IMG/VR virus record: IMGVR_UViG_3300045988_126837
Source of the DNA: a virus
Direction: 5' to 3' (one strand)
Length of the DNA: 17,615 nt
Shown in pieces: positions 1 through 5,910 of the stretch. The number at the start of each line of letters is the position of its first letter. The stretch's first letter is position 1. The notes under the pieces are model-generated. The model was not told the DNA's origin and searched no databases. It worked only from the letters and a program-made list of their open reading frames with translations. The translations under genes were made by a program, and so were the position numbers.

Positions 1-25
1 GAGTGGTATTTCATTTCAACTTCGA
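1..25. repeat. Left inverted terminal repeat (25 bp perfect: GAGTGGTATTTCATTTCAACTTCGA)
   Basis: The reverse complement of 17591-17615 is identical to 1-25. Similarity continues imperfectly to about position 39 (9 of the next 14 positions match). Confidence 0.95.
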
Positions 26-153
26 CTGTCATTTTCCCCAAAAAGCTAGTGCTAGTTATGCATATTTCTGTGCAAAATGACAAGAATGATATGTTGTCAT
101 ATTGTACAGGCATAGGTACAAATCACATACTATTTTTTGTACAAAATTACGTC

Positions 154-181
154 TTGTATTTTTCGCGTCATGTGATATAAT
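154..181 (+). promoter_or_regulatory. Early sigma-A-type promoter P1: -35 TTGTAT, 16-bp spacer, extended -10 TGaTATAAT
   Basis: TTGTAT lies at 154-159, TG at 173-174 and TATAAT at 176-181. An SD (GAGAGG, 192-198) and ATG 206 follow directly. Confidence 0.6.
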
Positions 182-205
182 ATAATCAGAAAGAGAGGTA
201 ATAAG

Positions 206-340
206 ATGTACAAGAAAGTTATAGTGGACGAGTTGGGTTACACAATGTATGAGTGTTGTTATTTAACACAAATGCAGATTGAAGCAATATTAATGCATCA
301 TCCAGAATGGTCAATTAAATGTGTTCAAACGTATGCATAA
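206..340 (+). CDS. Hypothetical early protein, 44 aa (MYKKVIVDELGYTMYECCYL...), below the ORF-track cutoff
   Basis: The ATG is preceded by GAGAGG at about 7 nt spacing. It is the first ORF after P1 and is open to the TAA at 338-340. Confidence 0.5.
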   Translation: MYKKVIVDELGYTMYECCYLTQMQIEAILMHHPEWSIKCVQTYA

Positions 341-362
341 GAAAGTGTGGGAGGGGGATAAA

Positions 363-560
363 ATGAGTGATTTTCTGTATACCACTAAAGGATATGCAAT
401 TGAAGTGTGTTGTATTAGACAGACAGTAATGGGAGATGTCGCTTGTTGTGTTTTTTATGATAAAAGTAAATGGTTAAAAATTAGAAAAAACGATAAAGGG
501 GATTATATTGAAGTAAGACATCAAGGCAAATATTATGGTAGATGTTATTTATTTAATTAG
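363..560 (+). CDS. Hypothetical early protein, 65 aa (track ORF 321..560 trimmed to ATG 363)
   Basis: GGAGGGGG SD lies 4-6 nt upstream of ATG 363. The track start at 321 is a GTG inside the previous ORF. No recognisable motif. Confidence 0.6.
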   Translation: MSDFLYTTKGYAIEVCCIRQTVMGDVACCVFYDKSKWLKIRKNDKGDYIEVRHQGKYYGRCYLFN

Positions 561-573
561 TCACAAGGTGTAT

Positions 574-592
574 CGCATGTTCGAATCATGCG
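574..592 (+). other. GC-rich hairpin mimicking a tRNA T-arm (CGCATG-TTCGAAT-CATGCG)
   Basis: A 6-bp stem carries the 7-nt loop TTCGAAT, closed by a G:C pair, in an 84-nt intergenic spacer. A second hairpin, CGGTC/GGCCG, lies at 602-617. Function unknown. Confidence 0.4.
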
Positions 593-644
593 GGTTGCAC
601 TCGGTCTATAAGGGCCGTTATAAGAAAAAAGGGAGGAATAAATT

Positions 645-965
645 ATGACAAGAAAAGAGATTCAGAAACAGGAAAATATGTTGGTAGAGAAAGCGTGGAA
701 ACTAGCAAAGCCAGTTTGGTTCAGTCAATCAATAGAAGTAGATGAATCAGAACGTTTAAACAGATGTCAAGCTTTCTGGTATAAAACAGGTGGGTATGTC
801 TTTCTGGTAAGCTATAATACATGCGTTGCTTTTATAGACAACAAGGGCAACATGTATGATATTCTTAGACTAGTTTACGGATATACAGCAACATCCGCAA
901 AACACATAGCAAAATTCAGAAACAAGTTTAGCCATGTGTCAGAGCACACATGGAGAGAGGTATGA
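645..965 (+). CDS. Hypothetical early protein, 106 aa
   Basis: GGGAGG SD lies 8 nt upstream of the ATG. The coding-like composition is clean and the stop overlaps the next start (ATGA). No family recognised. Confidence 0.75.
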   Translation: MTRKEIQKQENMLVEKAWKLAKPVWFSQSIEVDESERLNRCQAFWYKTGGYVFLVSYNTCVAFIDNKGNMYDILRLVYGYTATSAKHIAKFRNKFSHVSEHTWREV

Positions 966-1060
966 TTTTTGCAGGCCTGTCAATAGCAGGCCTTGCAATA
1001 ATAATATTATTAGTAGCTGAGATAATAGCTCAGTTGCTATTTCGAGAGGATGAAGAATGA
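962..1060 (+). CDS. Small single-pass membrane peptide, 32 aa (MIFAGLSIAGLAIIILLVAEIIAQLLFREDEE)
   Basis: ATGA overlaps occur at both ends (962-965 with the upstream stop, 1057-1060 with the downstream start), so the ORF exactly bridges two genes. It has a hydrophobic core and an acidic tail. Not in the ORF track. Confidence 0.4.
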   Translation: MIFAGLSIAGLAIIILLVAEIIAQLLFREDEE

Positions 1061-1269
1061 TGTATGTATCAAAAGCTATGTTGGGTGATTTAGAGATGCC
1101 ATTTCAGCACCCACTAGAAATAGTAGGGTGTGACGAATTTAATTTGTATCTGGCCGACCCTATGAAAAGGATTGGTGAACTCCCTTATATTATAGCTTTA
1201 TCAAAAGATTGGAGATTTGTTGAAGCATCGACAGGGAGGAATGTTCTATTTGAATATAGAATAGACTAG
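1057..1269 (+). CDS. Hypothetical early protein, 70 aa
   Basis: GAGAGGA SD lies upstream and the gene is translationally coupled to the preceding ORF. No family recognised. Confidence 0.7.
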   Translation: MMYVSKAMLGDLEMPFQHPLEIVGCDEFNLYLADPMKRIGELPYIIALSKDWRFVEASTGRNVLFEYRID

Positions 1270-1353
1270 AACATTCGTTTGCTGGACGAATATGTGCGAG
1301 GTTAGTTATATCTAACCATCGTGCAAAATGAATAAAATTTTTTCTAAAAGCTG

Positions 1354-1382
1354 TTGACATTTCAGTACAACAGTGATATAAT
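1354..1382 (+). promoter_or_regulatory. Strong early promoter P2: -35 TTGACA, 17-bp spacer, extended -10 TGaTATAAT
   Basis: Both hexamers are perfect consensus (1354-1359 and 1377-1382) and TG lies at 1374-1375. Confidence 0.75.
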
Positions 1383-1387
1383 AAATA

Positions 1388-1530
1388 ATGTAAAGAGAAA
1401 CCGACAAGCTCTTTACATCTCTCCTCCTTTCTTACACATAGAAAGGTTGACAGACAGGTTGCGGAAACACTTCCGACGGGTTCGACTCCCGTCCTGTCAA
1501 TTCGTCGACGGACGTTAAACGAATAAAAAG
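1388..1530 (+). ncRNA. Structured leader / candidate small RNA with a miniature tRNA-like three-way junction (core 1448-1500)
   Basis: There is no + strand ORF between 1270 and 1554. Successive helices are 1388-1418, 1426-1446, the junction 1453-1498 (which includes T-arm ACGGG-TTCGACT-CCCGT at 1476-1492 stacked on an acceptor-like stem) and 1500-1524. The RNA boundaries are approximate. Confidence 0.45.
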
Positions 1531-1554
1531 CAAACAAACAAGGAGGCCTAAACA

Positions 1555-1839
1555 ATGGCAAGAAAGAGAATGGTTACTCGTACCATTACGAGTACAAAAG
1601 CGAAAGCGACAGTTTACAACATTGAGAAAGACGAGATTCAGACACTTGAATACAAGCTGTCAGGAGAACTTTCAGCAGATGATGCGCTGAAAGCAATCAC
1701 AAAAGAGCATACAGAGGTACGTCCTATGAAAGTAACTGAAGTAACAGTACATGAAGAGCTGTATGGCATGACAGAAGAAAAGTTTTTGGAATTAGCCGAA
1801 ATTCTCCCATCGCGAGCAAAAGCTCAGTCGGAAGAATAA
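1555..1839 (+). CDS. Early protein, 94 aa. Possible dsDNA-binding protein, the positional analogue of phi29 p6 (synteny only)
   Basis: AAGGAGG SD lies 8 nt upstream. The N-terminus is basic (MARKRMVTRT). It is the first gene of the order small protein - small protein - TP - DNAP, as in phi29 genes 6-5-(4)-3-2. Confidence 0.3.
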   Translation: MARKRMVTRTITSTKAKATVYNIEKDEIQTLEYKLSGELSADDALKAITKEHTEVRPMKVTEVTVHEELYGMTEEKFLELAEILPSRAKAQSEE

Positions 1840-1909
1840 TGTAACCAGTTAATAGATTTGTTTTATGTTTACACGATACAACACACAAAAAAGAAAGGAA
1901 AATTAGAAT

Positions 1910-2272
1910 ATGATTAAAGTAATGGGACAGACAAGAGAATTTACACCTGTAGAAAGATATCTTTTAACAGTTGCACCTACAATTAGAACTGTGAAATCAC
2001 TTAATGATGGCGATGTTATCGATGTTGCAGGTTACCTTGAATTTATTGACGAAAAAGAGGATGGTACAACAACCGAACTTATGTCAATCATCACGACAGA
2101 CCATGCTGTATTCAGTACTCAGTCAGTAACCTTTAAGCGAAGCATTAAAGACATTGAAACTGCTATGCAGGGTTGTTTCCCATTCCCTGTCAAGAAAATC
2201 ACTGGCCAGTCAAAAGCAGGTCGTGACTACGTGGATTGCGTACTTGACATTGACAGCTTAAAAGTAGAATGA
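1910..2272 (+). CDS. Early protein, 120 aa. Possible ssDNA-binding protein, the positional and size analogue of phi29 p5 (124 aa)
   Basis: AAAGGAAAA SD-like sequence lies upstream, and the gene sits just upstream of the TP/DNAP pair. The assignment rests on synteny and size only. A terminator hairpin follows. Confidence 0.3.
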   Translation: MIKVMGQTREFTPVERYLLTVAPTIRTVKSLNDGDVIDVAGYLEFIDEKEDGTTTELMSIITTDHAVFSTQSVTFKRSIKDIETAMQGCFPFPVKKITGQSKAGRDYVDCVLDIDSLKVE

Positions 2273-2313
2273 AATTGCATTTTTAAGTAACAAAAGCAAA
2301 TTAAATAAGCATA

Positions 2314-2350
2314 GGCGCTCACGATATACAGTGGGCGTCATTCTTACTTA
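2314..2350 (+). terminator. Intrinsic terminator candidate
   Basis: GGCGCTCAC (2314-2322) pairs with GTGGGCGTC (2331-2339), giving 9 bp including 2 G:U. The loop is 8 nt and a T-rich tail ATTCTTACTTATTT follows. Confidence 0.55.
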
Positions 2351-2354
2351 TTTA

Positions 2355-2372
2355 ATGTTTCACGTGAAACAT
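2355..2372. repeat. 18-bp perfect palindrome ATGTTTCACGTGAAACAT, copy 1 (operator-like)
   Basis: It is self-complementary over all 18 bp and identical to 6914-6931. It lies 16 nt upstream of the TP candidate's start codon. Confidence 0.9.
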
Positions 2373-2388
2373 AAGGCAGGTGTTCAAA

Positions 2389-3096
2389 ATGGCTAAAAAA
2401 TTAACCGCTTATGAGCGAGAGCGAAACAGAATAAAACGTCTTGAGCGCAAGCTTAAAAAGCAAGGCGTTCAATATGTTCCAACAAATATACCAACGCTCA
2501 AACAGATTAAAGCAAAAGGTTTTAAAGGAAAAGCTTTAAGAGCTTATGTTAATAAGTTAAAAAAGATTGACATTGAAGCTATTAAAGCAGAAGCATATAT
2601 TCCTCATGAAGAAGATATAGCATTTAGTAACTTTAATGATGAATTTCTTGCAAAGTATGGTTCATTCACACCAGAAGAGGAGGACTTATTTTACGGATAT
2701 AATGGTGCTACAGCTGAAGAAATTGAGCGGGAGCGCAAAAGAAAAGAAGCAGAATATCAAAAAGCGGCTACAGATTTCACATCTTCATTAGACAAATCTG
2801 TTGATTTGAACAGAAGCAGGAGAAAAGAAGCAATTTCATATTCAAGAAGTATGCAGTCTTTCCTGCTGAATATGATTAATGACATCGGTACGTCAGAGGT
2901 CGGAAGAAGGCTAGTTGAAGCGTCCAGAACTATGAATGATATAGACGTTATAGTTTCAGCCGTGTTGTGGGGTTCATCAGTTGCAGTCATAAACCAAGCA
3001 ACGGATGAACTGTTATCAATAATCAACGGAGCACCATTATCATTTGAAGAAAAAGTGCATGCTGAAATGATGAACGAATCAGAAAACGGGTGGTGA
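2389..3096 (+). CDS. Candidate terminal protein (replication primer), 235 aa
   Basis: It lies immediately upstream of the protein-primed DNA polymerase and is coupled to it. Its size is in the TP range (phi29 TP is 266 aa). The N-terminus is very basic (KKLTAYERERNRIKRLERKLKKQG). AAGGCAGG SD precedes ATG 2389; the track start at 2380 is a GTG. No sequence homology was verified. Confidence 0.55.
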   Translation: MAKKLTAYERERNRIKRLERKLKKQGVQYVPTNIPTLKQIKAKGFKGKALRAYVNKLKKIDIEAIKAEAYIPHEEDIAFSNFNDEFLAKYGSFTPEEEDLFYGYNGATAEEIERERKRKEAEYQKAATDFTSSLDKSVDLNRSRRKEAISYSRSMQSFLLNMINDIGTSEVGRRLVEASRTMNDIDVIVSAVLWGSSVAVINQATDELLSIINGAPLSFEEKVHAEMMNESENGW

Positions 3097-3100
3097 TAGT

Positions 3101-5071
3101 ATGGCAAGGCCTAAAAAAGTAAAGTATCTGGTCGGGGACTTTGAAACGACAGTCTATGAGGGTCAGAAAAATACAGAGGTTTGGGCATCTGCCATTGTAG
3201 AAATGTTTACAGAAGATGTTTCTATATTACAGTCAATCGACGAAACATGGGAATATTTAAGCAGTTTAAAATCTAATCTGATAGTTTATTTTCACAATCT
3301 AAAATTTGACGGTAATTTTTGGATATCGTTTTTTCTGAATAAATTACGCCTAAAACAAGCATATACAGGGGATGGTGTTAATTCTTGTGAATGGTATCAC
3401 GATAAAGATATGTACAATAATACATTCAAGTACACGATATCAGAAATGGGACAATGGTACACCATCAAAGTCAAAGTAAACAATAAGGTTATAGAATTTA
3501 GGGATTCATTGAAGCTTCTGCCATTCTCTGTTGAAGAGATAGGAAAAGCCTTTAAAACAAAACATCAGAAACTTGACATGGAATATACTGGTTTTCGTTA
3601 TGCAGGTTGTAAGATTAAACCAAAGGAAAAAAAGTACATAGCTAACGATGTTCTTGTTGTTAAAGAAGCATTAGAGATTGTTTTTCGAGAAGGGCATAAT
3701 AGACTAACAATAGGCAGTTGTTGTCTTGCTGAATATAAGCAAATAGTTGGAAAAGATGAATGGAAAAGAAGATTTCCAGACGTTACACAAATAGAACTAG
3801 ATTCTGATACATACGGTAAGTCAAACGTTGACGCCTACATAAGAAAGTCATATAGAGGGGGTTGGTGTTATCTAGTAAAAGGTAAAGAAAATCAGATATA
3901 TACTAACGGAACTACTGCGGATGTAAATTCTCTGTATCCGTCTATGATGCACTCTATGTCGGGCAATAGATACCCTGTTGGAAAGCCGATGTTCTGGTCT
4001 GGTAACTTTATTCCAGACAGAGCCTTACAAAACAACATGTATTTCTTTATTAGGATAAAAACAAAATTTTACTTGAGAAGTGGAAAATTGCCTTTTATCC
4101 AGATAAAGGGGAACATGCTATATAAAGGCACAGAGTCGTTACAAACATCTGATGTGTTTGACAAAGCTACAGGTAAGTATTACGACAAATACATTGATAT
4201 TGATGGTAAAGAATGTGATACAAGAGTAGAACTTACACTTACCATGACAGATTATTTTCTTATACTTGAACATTATGAACTTGTTGACTTTGAGATTCTG
4301 GATGGGTGTTACTTTTATTCAGAAATAGGGATATTTGACGAATATATTGATAAATATGCAAAAATAAAAATGACTAGCAAAGGTGCTAGACGCACGCTTG
4401 CAAAATTATTTTTAAATAATTTGTATGGTAAAATGGCTTCATCGACAGATTCTTCATTCAAATTAGCATATGTTAAAGATGATAACTCAATAGGGTTTAT
4501 CAATATTACCGCGAAAGACAAAGAGGCTGGTTATATTCCAGTGGGTTCTGCTATTACTAGCTATGCCAGAAACTTTACAATAAGAGCCGCACAAGCAAAC
4601 TATTATGGAGTTGAAGAACACGGTTTTATTTATGCTGATACAGATAGCATTCACTGTGACTTACCACCAGAACAGATTACAGGCATTAAAGTCCATGAAA
4701 CTGATTTTTGTGCATGGAAACTAGAATCCTGCTGGGATAGAGCTATTTTTGCAAGGCAGAAAACATACATCGAACATGTAACGCATGAAGATTTGCAGAA
4801 GATTGAAGAACCGTACAACAACATTAAGTGTGCAGGAATGCCTCAGAGATGCAAAGACTTGTTTGAATTGTCGATGTCTGGAAAAGCTGTGTATGCTGAT
4901 TACAAAGAAAATACAGCAGTTAACAGATTTCTTTTCAATCAAGTTACACATGAACCTATCGTTAGAACATTTGACGATTTTAAAATAGGTTTAAATGTAC
5001 CATGTAAATTAATTCCAAAAAGAATAGACGGGGGTGTTTTACTTGTTGAATCAACGTACCAAATGCGGTAA
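3101..5071 (+). CDS. Protein-primed family-B DNA polymerase (phi29 gp2-like)
   Basis: Motifs seen: ExoI DFETT, ExoII HNLKFDGNF, ExoIII YIANDV, motif A DVNSLYPS, motif B KLFLNNLYGK, motif C YADTDS and KxY (QKTYI). The 656-aa length is consistent with TPR insertions. Confidence 0.97.
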   Translation: MARPKKVKYLVGDFETTVYEGQKNTEVWASAIVEMFTEDVSILQSIDETWEYLSSLKSNLIVYFHNLKFDGNFWISFFLNKLRLKQAYTGDGVNSCEWYHDKDMYNNTFKYTISEMGQWYTIKVKVNNKVIEFRDSLKLLPFSVEEIGKAFKTKHQKLDMEYTGFRYAGCKIKPKEKKYIANDVLVVKEALEIVFREGHNRLTIGSCCLAEYKQIVGKDEWKRRFPDVTQIELDSDTYGKSNVDAYIRKSYRGGWCYLVKGKENQIYTNGTTADVNSLYPSMMHSMSGNRYPVGKPMFWSGNFIPDRALQNNMYFFIRIKTKFYLRSGKLPFIQIKGNMLYKGTESLQTSDVFDKATGKYYDKYIDIDGKECDTRVELTLTMTDYFLILEHYELVDFEILDGCYFYSEIGIFDEYIDKYAKIKMTSKGARRTLAKLFLNNLYGKMASSTDSSFKLAYVKDDNSIGFINITAKDKEAGYIPVGSAITSYARNFTIRAAQANYYGVEEHGFIYADTDSIHCDLPPEQITGIKVHETDFCAWKLESCWDRAIFARQKTYIEHVTHEDLQKIEEPYNNIKCAGMPQRCKDLFELSMSGKAVYADYKENTAVNRFLFNQVTHEPIVRTFDDFKIGLNVPCKLIPKRIDGGVLLVESTYQMR

Positions 5072-5105
5072 ATCAGATAGCCAAATAAGAAAAGATATTT
5101 ACACT

Positions 5106-5318
5106 ATGCTAGATGAAGATTACAACGAATACATTAGAGTATATGATGCAAAGCAGGCGTTACTTGCAATTAAGCGCGCAATAAGGATGAACAAGTTGGA
5201 AAATGCTTTAAAAATATTGATGAATTCATACGCGTATTATGAAGCAGATTTATTTTATAAAGCGTTTGTAGAAAAATATATTAATGTATTAAGGAGTGAA
5301 TTGTATGAAAAAAATTAA
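5106..5318 (+). CDS. Hypothetical helical protein, 70 aa (track ORF 5034..5318 trimmed to the first ATG)
   Basis: The track start at 5034 is a GTG inside the polymerase gene. ATG 5106 lies after the polymerase stop, but its SD is weak, so the start is uncertain. Confidence 0.5.
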   Translation: MLDEDYNEYIRVYDAKQALLAIKRAIRMNKLENALKILMNSYAYYEADLFYKAFVEKYINVLRSELYEKN

Positions 5319-5745
5319 AGTGTTGGCAAAGAATCATGGATATTTTAATTCAGTTCTTCCAGAAAAATATGCGTTGGGTGATTGGATTGATTTAAAAGCA
5401 GGTAAAACAATGCATATTAGAAAAGGTGAATACGTTAATATACCGTTGGGTGTAGCTATGAAACTACCAAGAGGATATGAAGCACACATATTGCCAAGAT
5501 CGTCCACTTTTAGAAAACATCATATATTAATGGCTAATAGCATGGGAATTATTGACAATTCATATTCTGGTAGAAATGACGAATGGTGCTTTCCTGCATA
5601 TGCTGTTGAAGATACAGTAATAACAAGAGGCGATAGGATTGCACAGTTTAGGGTTGTAAGAAATCAGCCAGAAATTGAACTGGTTGAAGTGGAAGATTTA
5701 ACAGATAGTGACAGAAATGGTTTTGGTTCAAGTGGGGTGAGATAA
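5305..5745 (+). CDS. dut: Trimeric dUTP pyrophosphatase (dUTPase)
   Basis: All five motifs are recognisable, including PRSS, GIIDNSYSG, DRIAQ and the C-terminal RNGFGSSG. AAGGAG SD (5291-5296) lies 8 nt before ATG 5305. Confidence 0.92.
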   Translation: MKKIKVLAKNHGYFNSVLPEKYALGDWIDLKAGKTMHIRKGEYVNIPLGVAMKLPRGYEAHILPRSSTFRKHHILMANSMGIIDNSYSGRNDEWCFPAYAVEDTVITRGDRIAQFRVVRNQPEIELVEVEDLTDSDRNGFGSSGVR

Positions 5746-5900
5746 TGCGACAAATAGTTTTTGGTATGAGTGACTACGAAACAAAAAAATTCACACTCGA
5801 TTGGTACACAGCTTGCAGGAATATACGAAAAGCTAAAAAAGTTCCTTATTTTAAAAATAGAAAAAGTTCACAGGGTGTTAATTATTCGTATAAATGGTAG
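5745..5900 (+). CDS. Hypothetical basic protein, 51 aa (MRQIVFGMSDYETKKFTLDWY...)
   Basis: A TAATG overlap joins it to the dut stop, and GGGGTGA SD lies upstream. Not in the ORF track. Confidence 0.5.
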   Translation: MRQIVFGMSDYETKKFTLDWYTACRNIRKAKKVPYFKNRKSSQGVNYSYKW

Positions 5901-5910
5901 GTGAAAAAAA

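Noticed and set aside
595-624. Possible internal promoter TTGCAC-18-TATAAG upstream of gene 645
   Set aside because: The -35 matches only 3 of 6 positions and the spacer is occupied by a stable hairpin. This is not strong enough to annotate.
1448-1500. Possible bona fide tRNA gene (T-arm GGGTTCGACTCCC plus acceptor-like stem)
   Set aside because: It is only about 52 nt. It has no D-arm, the middle hairpin has a 4-nt loop instead of a 7-nt anticodon loop, and no CCA is encoded. It cannot decode, so it is reported as a tRNA-like element rather than a tRNA.
1190-1561. 123-aa ORF on the - strand covering the P2 promoter and the structured RNA region
   Set aside because: It has a TTG start without an SD, lies antisense to a consensus promoter and to the start of the 94-aa gene, and is embedded in a block transcribed entirely on the + strand. 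Its openness is explained by the structured, GC-richer sequence.
2757-4988. Track ORFs 2757..3107 (-), 4315..4521 (-), 4721..4951 (-) and 4785..4988 (+) within the TP and DNA polymerase genes
   Set aside because: They are antisense to, or out of frame with, the TP candidate and the motif-verified polymerase, and they have no independent signals.
5034-5105. GTG start at 5034 for the 94-aa track ORF overlapping the end of the polymerase gene
   Set aside because: The overlap with polB would be 38 nt from a non-ATG start with no SD. The first ATG (5106) after the polymerase stop is preferred, though its own SD is weak.
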